Assembly: GCF_009914755.1 (NCBI RefSeq)
Contig: NC_060940.1
Reading direction: 5' to 3' (one strand)
Source of the DNA: the human T2T-CHM13v2.0 reference genome, Homo sapiens
Length of the DNA stretch: 64,000 nucleotides
Shown here: positions 12,709-27,597 of the stretch, one piece after another
Layout: each line of letters begins with the position of its first letter
Position numbering within the stretch: position 1 is the first letter of the stretch
Translations under genes and position numbers: made by a program
Notes under the pieces: generated by a model
Told to the model about the DNA's origin: nothing
The model's input: only the letters and a program-made list of their open reading frames with translations
Database searches by the model: none

Positions 12709-15212
12709 TTCTTTTGATTATATTTGGTGATGATTCCATTGGGGTCCATTCAATGATTCCATTCGATTCCAATCGATGGTGGTTCCATTAGAGTCCATTT
12801 AATGATTCCATTTGATTCCAGTCTCTGATGTTTACATTCGAGTCCATACGATGATTCCACTCAATTCCATATGATGATGATTCCATTCGATTCCATTCGA
12901 TGATTCCATTCTATTCTATTCAAAGGTGATTCCATTCGAGTACATTAGATGATTCCATTCGATTCCATTCAATGATGATTCTATTTGTGTCCCTTAGATG
13001 ATTCCACATGATTCCATTACATGATGATACTATTTGAGCCCATCCAATGATTCCCTTCGATTCCATTCGATGAGGATTCCATTCGATTCAATTCATTGGT
13101 GATTCTATTCAATTCAATTCTTTGATTCAATTCCATTCCATTCGACAATGATTCCATTCGATTTCTTTCGATGATTCCACTCAATTTCACTTGACATTGA
13201 TTCCATTCGATTCCATTCAATGATTCCATTTGATTCCAGTGAATGATGATTGCCGTCGATTCCATTCGATCACTCCATTCTGTTCCATTTGATGATGATT
13301 ACATTCGATTCCATTTGATGATTCCATCTGATTCTATTCGAGGATTCCATTTGATTCCATTCGATGATGATTCCATTCGAGTCCATTCGATGATTTCATT
13401 CGAGTACATCCAATGATTCCATTCGAGTCCATTTGATGATTCCATTTCATTCCATTTGATTATGATTCTACTAGAGTCCATTCAATGACTCCATTCGAGT
13501 CCATTCAACAGTTCCATCCGAGTCCATTCGATGATTCCATTCGATTCCATTTGATCATTCCATTCGAGTCCATTTAATCATTACAGTCGAGTCCATTTGG
13601 TGATTCCACTGGATTTCTTTTGATAATGATACCATTCAATTACATTTGATGATGATCCCATTCAATTTCATTTGATGATGATTCCATTAGAGTCCATTCC
13701 ATGATTTCATTCGAGTCCCTTCATTGATTCCATCCGATTTCATTTCATGATGACTCCATTCGAGTCCATTCGATGATTCCACTCGATTCCATTAGATGAT
13801 TCCATTGGAGTCCATTTGATTGTTCCATTCGATTCCATTCGATTCCTTTCGAAGATTATTCCATTTGAGTCCATTCGATGATGATTCCATTCCATTCCAT
13901 TCGATGATTCCGTTTGATTCCATTCGATGATTCCCTGCGATTCCTTTCTATGATGATTCCATTCCATTCCATTCAATGATTCCATTCGAATCTATTCCAT
14001 GATGATTCCTTTCGATTCCATTCGCTGATGTTTCCGTTCAATTCCATTCGATGATGATTCCATTCGATTCCATTCATTGAGGATTCCATTGGATTCCATT
14101 CAATGATGATTCCATTCTATTCCATTCAATGATTGCATTCAATTCCATTCAATGATTATGCCATTAGAGTAAATTCAACGATTCCATTCAATACCATTCG
14201 ATGATGATTCCTTTTGAGTCCATTCAATGATTTCATTCAAGTCCATTTGATGATTCCTTTCAATTCCATTCCATGATGATTCCATTCGAGTCCATTCGAT
14301 GATTCCATTCGATTGCATTCGATGATTCCATTATATTCCATTCAACGATGATTCCATTCGAGTCCATTCGATGATTCCATTAGAGTACATTTAATGATTG
14401 CTTTGTTTTCAATTCGAAGATGATTACATTGGATTCCATTCTATGATTCCATTCGATTCCATTCATTGATGATTCCACCCAATTCCATTCGATGATGATT
14501 CCATTCGATTTCAATGCTTCTACTCGATTCCATTCAATGATGATTCAATTCTATTCCGTTTGATGATTCCATTAGATTCCATTCTATGATGATTCCATTC
14601 GAGTCCATTCGAAGATTTCATTCGATTACATTCCATGACGATTCCATTCGAGTCCATTCGATGATTCCATTTGAATCCATTCGACGATGATTCCATTTGA
14701 TGCTATTCGATGATTCCATTGGATTCCATTCGATGATGATTCCATTCGACTTGATTTGATGTTTCTATTTGAGTCCATTCGGTTATTTTATTAGACTACA
14801 TTCGATGATGATTCCATTCGATGCCATTCAGTGATTCCATTTGATTCCACTCAATGATGATTGCATTCGTGTCCATTCGATGATTCCATTTGGTTCCATT
14901 TGATGATGATTCCATTCGAGTCCATTCGATGATACCATTCAATTCCATTCGATGATCATTCCATTCGAATCCATTTGATGATTCCACTCAATTCCATTTG
15001 ATGACTCCTTTCATTCCCATTCGATGATTCCCTTCAGTTCCAATTGGATGATCTTTCCATTTGATTCAATATGGTGACTCCATTCTATTATATTCAATGA
15101 TGATTCCATTCGACTCCATTAGATGATGACTTCATTCCATTCCATTCGATTGTGATTTCATTCGATTCCATTCGAAGATGATTCCATTCGAGTCCATTTG
15201 ATGATTCCATTC
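12659..15212 (+). repeat. Partial second copy of the 12.66-kb unit (matches 1-~2560), truncated at ~15,213
   Basis: Offset is 12,659, then 12,655 after a 4-bp deletion near 14,511 (2141->14796). At ~15,213 the sequence switches to match 11,581. Confidence 0.88.
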
Positions 15213-18050
15213 GATTTCATTCAACGATGATTTGATTCGTGTCCATTCGATGATTCCATTTGATTCCACTTGATGATGATTCCATTCGAGTCCATTTGAT
15301 GATTCCATTCAATTCCATTCTCTGATGACTTCTTTTGAGCCCATTCAATGCTTCCACTCGATTCCATATGATGATGACTCCATTCGATGAAATTCGATGA
15401 TGATTCCATTCGCTTGCATTCGATGATGATTCCACTTGAGTCCATTAGAAGATTCTATTCAATTACATTCCATGACGATTCCGTTCGAGTCCATTTGATG
15501 ATTCCATTAGACTCCATTCGACGATGATTCCATTCGAGGTTATTCGATGATTCCATTCGATCTCATTCGATGATGATTCCATTCAACTCCATTCGATGTT
15601 TCCATTCGAGTTCATTCTATTATTCCATTAGATTCCATTCGATGATGATTCCATTCGATTCCATTTGATGATTGCATTCTATTTCATTTGATGATGATTC
15701 CATTCGAGTCCACTCGATGATTCCATTCGAGTCCATTTAATGAATCCATTGGTTTCAATTCTATGATGATTACATTGGATTCCATTCGTTGATGATTTCA
15801 TTCGGTTCCATTCAATGATGATTCTATTCAATTCCTTTCAATGTTTCCATTCAATTCCATACGATGATGCTTCCATTTGATTTGATTCGACAGTGAGCCA
15901 TTCGATTCAATTCCATGATGATTCTATTTGATTCAATTGGTTGACATTTCCATTCGATTCCATTCGATGATGATTCCCTTTGATTCAATTCAAAGATGAT
16001 TCCATTCTAGCCCATTCAATCATTCCATTCGATTCTATTCAATGATGATTCCATTCATGTCGATTTGGTGATTCCATTTGACTTCATTTGATGATGATTC
16101 CTTTCAAGTTCATTAGATGATTCCATTCGATTCCATTTGATGATGATCCCATTCGAGTCCATTCAGTGATTCCACTCGTTTCCATTCCATGATGATTCCA
16201 TTCCATTCCATTCAATGATTCCATTCGATTCCGTTTGATGATGATTTCATTCGAGTCCATTTGATGATTCCATTTCATTCCATTCGATGATGATTCCATT
16301 CGAGTCCATTTGATGATTCTATTCGAATCCATTTGATGATTTCTTTTGATTATAGTTGGTGATGATTCCATTGGAGTCCATTCAATGATTCCATTCTATT
16401 CCAATCGATGATGATTCCATTAGAGTCCATTTAATGATTCCATTTGATTCCAGTCTCTGATGATTACATTCGAGTCCATACGATGATTCCACTCAATTCC
16501 ATATGATGATGATTCCATTCGATTCCATTCGATGATTCCGTTCTATTCTATTCAATGGTGATTCCATTCGATTCCATTCAATGATGATTCTATTTGTGTC
16601 CCTTAGATGATTCCACATGATTCCATTAGATGATGATACTATTTGAGCCCATCCAATGATTCCCTTCGATTCCATTCGATGAGGATTCCATTCGATTCAG
16701 TTCATTGGTGATTCTATTCAATTCAATTCTTTGATTACATTCCATTCCATTCGACAATGATTCCATTCGATTTCTTTCGATGATTCCACTCGATTCCACT
16801 TGACATTGATTCCCTTCGATTCCATTCAATGATTCCATTTGATTCCAGTGGATGATGATTGCCATCGATTCCATTCGATCACTCCATTCTATTCCATTTG
16901 ATGATGATTACATTCGATTCCATTTGACGATTCCATCTGATTCTATTCGAGGATTCCATTTGATTCCATTCGATGATGATTCCATTCGAGTCCATTCGAT
17001 GATTTCATTCGAGTACATCCAATGATTCCATTCGAGTCCATTTGATGATTCCATTTGATTCCATTTGATAATGATTCTACTAGAGTCCATTCAATGACTC
17101 CATTCGAGTCCATTCAACAATTCCATTCGACTCCATTTGATGATTCCATTCGATTCCATTTGATGATTCCATTCGAGTCCATTTAATCATTACAGTCGAG
17201 TCCATTTGGTGATTCCACCGGATTTCTTTTGATAATGATACCATTCAATTACATTTGATGATGATCCCATTCAATTTCATTTGATGGTGATTCCATTAGA
17301 GTCCATTCGATGATTTCATTCGAGTCCCTTCATTGATTCCATCCGATTTCATTGGATGATGACTCCATTCGAGTCCATTCGATGATTCCACTCGATTCCA
17401 TTAGATGATTCCATTGGAGTCCATTTGATTGTTCCATTCGATTCCATTCGATTTCTTTCGAAGATTATTCCATTTGAGTCCATTCGATGATGATTCCATT
17501 CCATTCCATTCGATGATTCCGTTTGATTCCATTCGATGATTCCCTTCGATTCCTTTCTTTGATTATTCCATTCCATTCCATTCAATGATTCCATTCGAAT
17601 CTATTCCATGATGATTCCTTTCGATTCCATTCGCTGATGTTTCCTTTCAATTCCATTCGATGATGATTCCATTCGATTCCATTCATTGAGGATTCCATTT
17701 GATTCCATTCAATGATGATTCCGTTCTATTCCATTCAATGATTGCATTCAATTCCATTCAATGATTATCCCCTTAGAGTAAACTCAACGATTCCATTCAA
17801 TACCATTCGATGGTGATTCCTTTTGAGTCCATTCAATGATTTCATTCAAGTCCATTTGATGATTCCTTTCAATTCCATTCTATGATGATTCCATTCGAGT
17901 CCATTCGATGATTCCATTCGATTGCATTCGATGATTCCATTATATTCCAGTCAACGATGATTCCATTCGAGTCCATTCGATGATTCCATTAGAGTACATT
18001 TAATGATTGCTTTGTTTTCAATTCGAAGATGATTACATTGGATTCCATTC
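15213..18050 (+). repeat. ~3.6-kb back-jump repeat of 11,581-~14,440
   Basis: Offset is 3,632 (12452->16084), then 3,609 (13017->16626, 13740->17349) after loss of one 23-bp monomer at ~16,570. Confidence 0.85.
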
Positions 18051-21000
18051 TATGATACCATTTGATTCCATTCAATGATGATTCCACTCAAATCCATTGG
18101 ATGATTCCATTCGTGTCCATTCGGTGATTTCATTAGATTCCATTCGAGGATGATTCCATTCGATTCCATTCGATGATTCCATTCAATTCCATTCGATGAT
18201 GATTCCATTCCAGTCCATATGATCATTCCATTTGATTTCATTCGATGATGATTCCATTCGATTCCATTCGATGATTCCATTCTATTCCATTCGATGATGA
18301 TTCCATTCGAGTCCATTCGATGATTCCATTCGAGTCCATTTAATGATTCCATTGGGTTCAATTCAATGATGATTACATTGGATTCCGTTCTATGATTCCA
18401 TTCAATTCCTTTCATTGACAATTTGATTCCATTCGATGATGATTCAATTTGAGTTCACTCGATGATTCTATTCGATTCTCTTCGATGGTGATTCAATTCT
18501 ATTATATTGGATGATTCCATTCGATTCCATTTGATGTTGATTCAATTCGATTCTATTCGATGATGATTCCATTGGATTTCACTTGATGATTCTATTCGAT
18601 TCCATTCAATGATGATTCACTTCTCGTCCATTGGATGATTCCATTTCATTCCATTCGATGATGATTTCCTTCGATTCCATGCGACGGTGAGCAATTCGAT
18701 TCAATTCCATGATGATTCTATTTGATTCAATTAGATGATGTTTCCATTCGAATCCATTCCATGATTATTCCATTGGAATCCATTTGGCGATGATTCCATA
18801 TGAGTCAATTCAATGATGATTCCATATGGGTCCGTTCGATGATAATTCCATTTGATTTCATTCAATGCTTCTATTCTATTCCAGTCGATGATGATTCCGT
18901 TGGAGTCCATACGATGATTCCATTTGATTTCATTTGATGATGATTCCATTCGATGATGATTACATTGGATTCCATGATTCCATTCAATTCCATTCGTTGA
19001 TGATTCGATTCCATTCAATGATGATTCCATTTGAGTTCATTCGATGATTCTATTCGATTCCGTTCGATGGTGATTCAATTCTATTATATTGGATGATTCC
19101 ACTCGATTCCATTTGATGATTATTCCATTGGAGTCCACTTAGTGAATCCTTTAGATTCTACTCGAAGATGATTCCATTCGAGTCCATTCAATGATACCAT
19201 TCAATTTCATTCTTTGATGCTTCCATTCAAGTGCATTCGATGATATCATTCGATTCCATTTGATGATAATTCCATTTGATTCCATGCGATGATTCTATTC
19301 GATTCCATTCAATGATAATTCCATTCAATTCAGTGATTCCTCTGGACTCCATTTGATGATGATTCCATTCAATGATTCCATTCGATTCTATTCCAAAATG
19401 ATTCCATTTGAATCCATTTGATGATGATTCCATTAGATTCCATTTGATGATTCCATTCGATTGCATTTGACGATGATTCCATTCGATTCCATTTGATGAT
19501 TCCATTCTATTCTATTCGATGATGATTCCATTCGATTCCATTTGATGATGATTGGATTCGATTCATTTGATGATTTCATTTGATTCCATTCGTTAATGAT
19601 TTCGATCAACTCCATTCGATGATTCCATTTGATTCCATTCGATAATGATTACATCCGAGTCCATTCGATGATTCCATTTGAGCCCGTTCGATAATTCCAT
19701 TTGAGTCCAATCAATGATTCCATTCATTTCCATTCAATGATTCCATTCGAGTCCATTTGATCATTCTGGTAGGGTCCGTTCGATGTTGATTCCATTGGAG
19801 TGCATTCGATGATTCCATTCGAGTCCATTTTATGATTTGATTCGAGTCCTTTCGATGATTCCATTCGATTCCACTCGATGATGATTTCATTCGAGTCCAT
19901 TCGACACTTCCAATCGATTCCATTTGATGTTTCCATTCGAGTCCAATTGATGATTCCATTCAATTCCATTCGATGATGATTCCGTACGATTCCATTCTGT
20001 GATGATTCCATGTGATTGCATTCAATGATGATTCCTTTCGACTGCATTTGATTATGATTCATTTCGTGTTCATTCTATGGTTCCACAGGTTTCCATTCGA
20101 TGACGTTTCCGTTCGTGTCCATTCCATTATTCCATTCTATTTCATTTGATGATGATTCCATTCGATTCCATTCATTGGTGATTCCACTCAATTCCATTCA
20201 ATGATTCCATTCCATTTCTTTCAACAATAATTCCATTACTTTCTATTCGATGATCCACTTGATTCCATTTGGCGATGATTCCATTCGTGTCCATTCGATG
20301 ATTCCATTTGATTCCATATGATGATGATTCCATTCGATTCCATACCATGATGATTCCATTCGAGTCCATTCAATGGTGATTCCATTCAATTCCATTCGAT
20401 GATTCCTTCCGATTCCATTCGATGATGATGGCATTCGATTCCTTTCAATCATTCCCTTTGATTCCATTCAAAGGTGATTTCATTCAAGTCCATTCGATAA
20501 TTGCATTTGATTCCATTCTATGATGATTCCATTCGAGTCCATTTGATGATTCCATTCAATTCAAATCAATGATGATTCCATTTAATTCCACTCGATGATT
20601 CCATTGGATTCCATTCGATGATGATTCCATTAAAATCCATTCGATAATTCAATTCAAGTCCATTCGATGATGATTCCAATCGAATCCATTCAAAGATTCC
20701 ATTCAATTCCATTCGATGATGATTCCCTTAGATTCCATTCGATGATTCCACTTGATTCCATTTACGATGATTCCATTCGATTCCATGTGATGAATCCATT
20801 CAATTCTATTCAATGATGTTTCCATTTGATTCCATTGGACCATGATTGCCTTTGATTCCATTCAATGATTCCATTCGGTTCCATTTGATGATGATTCCGT
20901 TCGATTCCATTTCATTATTCCATTTGATTCCATTGGATGAGTCCATTCGATTACATTCGATGATTATTCCATTCGAGTGCATTAGATGATTCCATTCGAG

Positions 21001-21377
21001 TCCATTCGATGATTCCATTCGATTCCATTCGATGTTGATTCTGTTCAAATCCATTCGATGATTCCACTCGATTCCAATCGATGACTCCATTTGATCCCAT
21101 TCGATGATTTCCTGTGATTCCCTTTGATGATCATTCTATTTGATTCAATTCGGTGATTTCATTTCATTCCATTCAGTGATGTTTCCATTCGACTGTATTC
21201 GATGATGATTCCATTCGACTCCATTCGATTATGATTTCATTCAATTCCATTCAATAATGATTCCCTTCGAGTCCATTCGATGATTCCATTCGATTCCATT
21301 CAACGATGATTTGATTCGTTTCCATTCGATGATTCCATTTGATTCCACTTGATGATGATTCCATTCGAGTCCATTTG

Positions 21378-23220
21378 ATGATTCCATTCGAGTCTATTTA
21401 TGTATTATATTCGTGTCCACTTCATGATTCCATTCAATTCCATTTAATGTTGATTCCATTTGATTCCATTTGATGATTCAGTTCGATTCCTTGCAATGAT
21501 TCCCTACGATTCCTTTCTCTGATGATTCCATTCGATTCCATTCATTGATGATTTCATTCGACTCCATTCGATGATGATTCCTTTCGATTCCATTTGACGA
21601 TGTTTCCATTCGAGTCCATTCGATGATGATTCTATTCAATTCTGTTCTATTATGATTCCATTCGATTTCATTCAATGCTTCTATTTGATTCCATTCGATG
21701 ATGATTCCATCTCTTTCCCTTCGATGATTCCATTTGATTCCATTCAGTGATGATTCCATTTGATTCCATCTGATGATGATTTCACTTGATTCCTTTCAAT
21801 GATGATTCAATTCAAGTCCATTCGATGATTCCATTGGAGTCCAAACGATCATTCCGTTCGATTCCATTCAATGGTGATTCCATTCATGTCCATTCGATGA
21901 ATCCATTCAATTCCATTCGATGATGACTCCATTCGAGTACATTCGATGATTCCATTTGATTCCATTTGAAGATGATTCCATTCAATTCCATTCGAAGATG
22001 ATTCCATTCAATTCCATTCGATGATGATTCCGTATGAATCCATTCTCTGATTATTCCATTCGATTCCATTCATTGACGATTCCATTCAATTCCATTCAAT
22101 GATGATTCTCTTCTATTCCATTCGATGATTCCGGTCGATTCCATTCGATGATGATTCCATTAGATTCCATTCGATTGTTGCATTCGATTCCCTTCGATGA
22201 TGATTCCTTTGAATTCCATTCGATTATCATTCCGTATGAATCCATTTGATGATTATTCCATTGGATTCCTTTCGATGATGATTCCATTCGATTCCATTTG
22301 ATGATGTTTCTCTTGTATTCCATTGGATAATTCCTTTCAGTTCCCTTCGATGATTATTCTTTAGAGTCAATTCGATGATTCTATTCCATTCCCTTCGATG
22401 ATGATTCCATTTCACTCCATTTGATGATTCCATTCGACTCAATTTGGGGATGATTCAATTCGATGACATTCGATGACTCCATTCAATTTCATTTGATGAT
22501 GATTACATTCGAGTCCATTTGATGATTGTATTCCTTTCCTTTTGATGATTATTCCATGCGTGTCTATTCAAAGGTTCCATTCTATTCCATTCAATGATGA
22601 TTGCATTTGATTCCATTCAATGATTATGGCTATCGATTCCACTCGTTGATTCCATTTGATTCCGTTCGATGATTATTCCGTTAGATTCCATTAGAAGATT
22701 CCATTCGATTTTATTCAATGATTCCAATGGATTCCATTCAATGATGATTCCATTCGACTCCATTCAGTGATTCCATTCGAGTCCATTTGATGATTCCATT
22801 CTTTTCCATTTGATGATGATTCCATTAGGGTCCATTCAATGATTCCATTCGAGTCCATTCGTTAATGCCTTTCGAGTCCTTTTGATCACTACATTCGAGT
22901 CCATTCAATGATTCTATTCGATTCCATTCCATGATGATTCCATTCGAGTTCATTCGTTGATTGCATTCGAGTCCATTTGATGATTCCATATGATTCCCTT
23001 CGACAATGATTCCATTCGTGTCCATTTGATGATTCCATTCATTTCCTATCGATGAAGATTCCATTCAAGTGTATTCGATGATTCCATTCAAATCCATTCG
23101 ATGATGATTCCATTCCAGTCCATTCGATCATTCCACTTGATTCCATTTGATGACTATTCCATTCAAATCCATTTGATGATTCCATTCGATTCCATTCGAT
23201 GTTACCATTCGAGTATATAC
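21378..23220 (+). repeat. Retained ancestral segment (matches ~7501-9370) producing a ~4.13-kb variant unit, copy 1
   Basis: Offsets 8011->21884 and 8223->22096 are 13,873; 8975->22825 is 13,850. The local period is 19227->23356 = 4,129. Confidence 0.85.
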
Positions 23221-26200
23221 GATGATTCCACTCGATTCCATTTGATGATTATTCCATTGGAGTCCACTTAGTGAATCCTTTAGATTCTACTGGAAGATGA
23301 TTCCATTCGAGTCCATTCGATGATACCATTCAATTCCATTCGTTGATGCTTCCATTCAAGTGCATTCGATGATATCATTCGATTCCATTTGATGATAATT
23401 CCATTTGATTCCATGCGATGATTCTATTCGATTCCATTCAATGATAATTCCATTCAATTCAGTGATTCCTCTGGACTCCATTTGATGATGATTCCATTCA
23501 ATGATTCCATTCGATTCTATTCGAAAATGATTCCATTTGAATCCATTTGATGATGATTCCATTGGATTCCATTTGATGATTCCATTCGATTCCATTCGAT
23601 GATGATTCCATTCGATTCCTTTTGATGAATCCATTCTATTGTATTCGATGATGATTCCATTCGATTCCATTCGATGATGATTGGATTCGATTCCATTTGA
23701 TGATTTCATTTGATTCCATTCGATAAGGATTTCGATCAACTCCATTCAATGATTCCATTCGATTCCATTCGATAATGATTACATCCGAGCACATTCGATG
23801 ATTCCATTTGAGCCCGTTCGATAATTCCATTTGAGTCCAATCAATGATTCCATTCATTTTCATTCAATGATTCCATTCGAGTCCATTTGATCATTCCGGT
23901 AGGGTCCGTTCGATGTTGATTCCATTGGAGTGCATTCGATGATTCCATTCGAGTCCATTTTAGGATTTGATTCGAGTCCTTTCGATGATTCCATTCGATT
24001 CCACTCGATGATTTCATTCGAGTCCATTCGACACTTCCAATCGATTCCATTTGATGTTTCCATTCGATTCCAATTGATGATTCCATTCAATTCCATTCGA
24101 TGATGATTCCGTACGATTCCATTCTGTGATGATTCCATGTGATTGCATTCCATGATGATTCCTTTCGATTGCATTCGATTATGATTCATTTCGTGTTCAT
24201 TCTATGGTTCCACAGGTTTCCATTCGATGATGTTTCCATTCGTGTCCATTCCATTATTCCATTCTATTCCATTTGAAGATGATTCCATTCGATTCCATTC
24301 ATTGGTGATTCCACTCAATTCCATTCAATGATTCCATTCCATTTCTTTCAACAATGATTCCATTAGTTTCTATTCGATGATCCACTTGATTCCATTTGAC
24401 GATGATTCCATTCGTGTCCATTCGATGATTCCATTTGATTCCATATGATGATGATTCCATTCGATTCCATACGATGATGATTCCATTCGAGTCCATTCAA
24501 TGGTGATTCCATTCAATTCCATTCGATGATTCCTTTCGATTCCATGCAATGATGATGGCATTCGATTCCTTTCGATCATTCCCTTTGATTCCATTCAAAG
24601 GTGATTTCATTCAAGTCCATTCGATAATTGCATTCGATTCCATTCTATGATGATTCCATTCGAGTCCATTTGATGATTCCATTCAATTCAAGTCAATGAT
24701 GATTCCATTCGATTCCACTCGATGATTCCATTGGATTCCATTCGATGATGATTCCATTCAAATCCATTCGATAATTCAATTCAAGTCCATTCGATGATGA
24801 TTCCAATCGAATCCATTCAAAGATTCCACTCAATTCCATTCGATGATGATTGCCTTAGATTCCATTCGATGATTCCACTTGATTCCATTTACGATGATTC
24901 CATTCGATTCCATGTGATGATTCCATTCAATTCTATTCAATGATGTTTCCACTTGATTCCATTCGAACATGATTGCCTTTGATTCCATTCAATGATTCCA
25001 TACGGTTCCATTTGATGATGATTCCATTCGAGTGCATTAGATGATTCCATTCGAGTCCATTCGATGATTCCATTCGATTCCATTCGATGTTGATTCTGTT
25101 CAAATCCATTCGATGATTCCACTCGATTCCATTCGATGACTCCATTTGATCCCATTCGATGATTTCCTTTGATTCCCTTTGATGATCATTCCATTTGATT
25201 CAATTCGGTGATTTCATTTGATTCCATTCAGTGATGTTTCCATTCAACTCCTTTCGATGATGATTCCATTCGACTCCATTCGATTATTATTTCATTCAAT
25301 TCCATTCGATAATGATTCCCTTCAAGTCCATTCGATGATTCCATTCGATTCCATTCAACGATGATTTGATTCGTGTCCATTCGATGATTCCATTTGATTC
25401 CATTTGATGATGATTCCATTCGAGTCCCTTTGATGATTCCATTCAATTCCATTCTCCGATGATTTCTTTTGAGCCCATTCAATGCTTCCACTCGATTCCA
25501 TATGATGATGACTCCATTTGATGAAATTCCATGATGATTCCATTCGCTTGCATTCGATGATGATTCCACTTGAGTCCGTTAGAAGATTCTATTCAATTAC
25601 ATTCCATGACGATTCTGTTCGAGTCCATTTGATGATTCCATTAGACTCCATTCGACGATGATTCCATTCGATGTTATTCGATGATGATTCCATTCAACTC
25701 CATTCGATGTTTCCATTCGAGTTCATTCTATTATTCCATTAGATTCCATTCGATGATGATTCCATTCGATTCCATTTGATGATTGCATTCTATTTCATTT
25801 GATGATGATTCCATTCGAGTCCATTCGATGATTCCATTCGAGTCCATTTAATGAATCCATTGGTTTCAATTCTATGATGATTACATTGGATTCCATTCGT
25901 TGATGATTTCATTCGATTCCATTCAATGATGATTCCATTCAATTCCATTCAATGATTCCATTCAATTCCATACGATGATGATTCCATTTGATTTGATTCG
26001 ACAGTGAGCCATTCGATTCAATTCCATGATGATTCTATTTGATTCAATTGGTTGACATTTCCATTCGATTCCATTCGATGATGATTCCATTTGATTCCGT
26101 TCAAAGATGATTCCATTCTAGCCCATTCAATCATTCCATTCGATTCTATTCAATGATGATTCCATTCATGTCGATTTGGTGATTCCATTTGACTTCATTT

Positions 26201-27597
26201 GATGATGATTCCTTTCAAGTTCATTAGATGATTCCATTCGATTCCATTTGATGATGATCCCATTCGAGTCCATTCAGTGATTCCACTCGTTTCCATTCCA
26301 TGATGATTCCATTCCATTCCATTCAATGATTCCATTCGATTCCGTTTGATGATGATTTCATTCGAGTCCATTTGATGATTCCATTTGATTCCATTCGATG
26401 ATGATTACATTCGAGTCCATACGATGATTCCACTCAATTCCATATGATGATGATTCCATTCGATTCCATTCGATGATTCCATTCTATTCTATTCAATGGC
26501 GATTCCATTCGAGTACATTAGATGATTCCATTCGATTCCATTCAATTATGATTCTATTTGTGTCCCTTAGATGGTTCCACATGATTCCATTTCATGATGA
26601 TACTATTTGAGCCCATCCAATGATTCCCTTCGATTCCATTCGATGAGGATTCCATTCGATTCAATTCATTGGTGATTCTATTCAATTCAATTCTTTGATT
26701 CCATTCCATTCCATTCGACAATGATTCCATTCGATTTCTTTCGATGATTCCACTCGATTCCACTTGACATTGATTCCATTCGATTCCATTCAATGATTCC
26801 GTTTGATTCCAGTGGATGATGATTGCCATCGATTCCATTCGATCACTCCATTCTATTCCATTTGATGATGATTACATTCGATTCCATTTGATGATTCCAT
26901 CTGATTCTATTCGAGGATTCCATTTGATTCCATTCGATGATGATTCCATTCGAGTGCATTCGATGATTTCATTCGAGTACATCCAATGATTCCATTCGAG
27001 TCCATTTGATGATTCCATTTAATTCCATTTGATTATGATTCTACTAGAGTCCATTCAATGACTCCATTCGAATCCATTCAACAATTCCATTCGAGGCCAT
27101 TCGATGATTCCATTTCATGATTCCATTCGAGTCCATTTAATCATTACAGTCGAGTCCATTTGGTGATTCCTTTCAATTCCATTCTATGATGATTCCATTC
27201 GAGTCCATTCGATGATTCCATTCGATTGCATTCGATGATTCCATTATATTCCATTCAACAATGATTCCATTCGAGTCCATTCGATGATTCCATTAGAGTA
27301 CATTTAATGATTGCTTTGTTTTCAATTCGAAGATGATTACATTGGATTCCATTCTATGATACCATTCGATTCCATTCAATGATGATTCCACTCAAATCCA
27401 TTGGATGATTCCATTCGTGTCCATTCGGTGATTTCATTAGATTCCATTCGAGGATGATTCCATTCGATTCCATTCGATGATTCCATTCAATTCCATTCGA
27501 TGATGATTCCATTCCAGTCCATATGATCATTCCATTTGATTTCATTCGATGATGATTTCATTCGATTCCATTCGATGATTCCATTCTATTCCATTCG

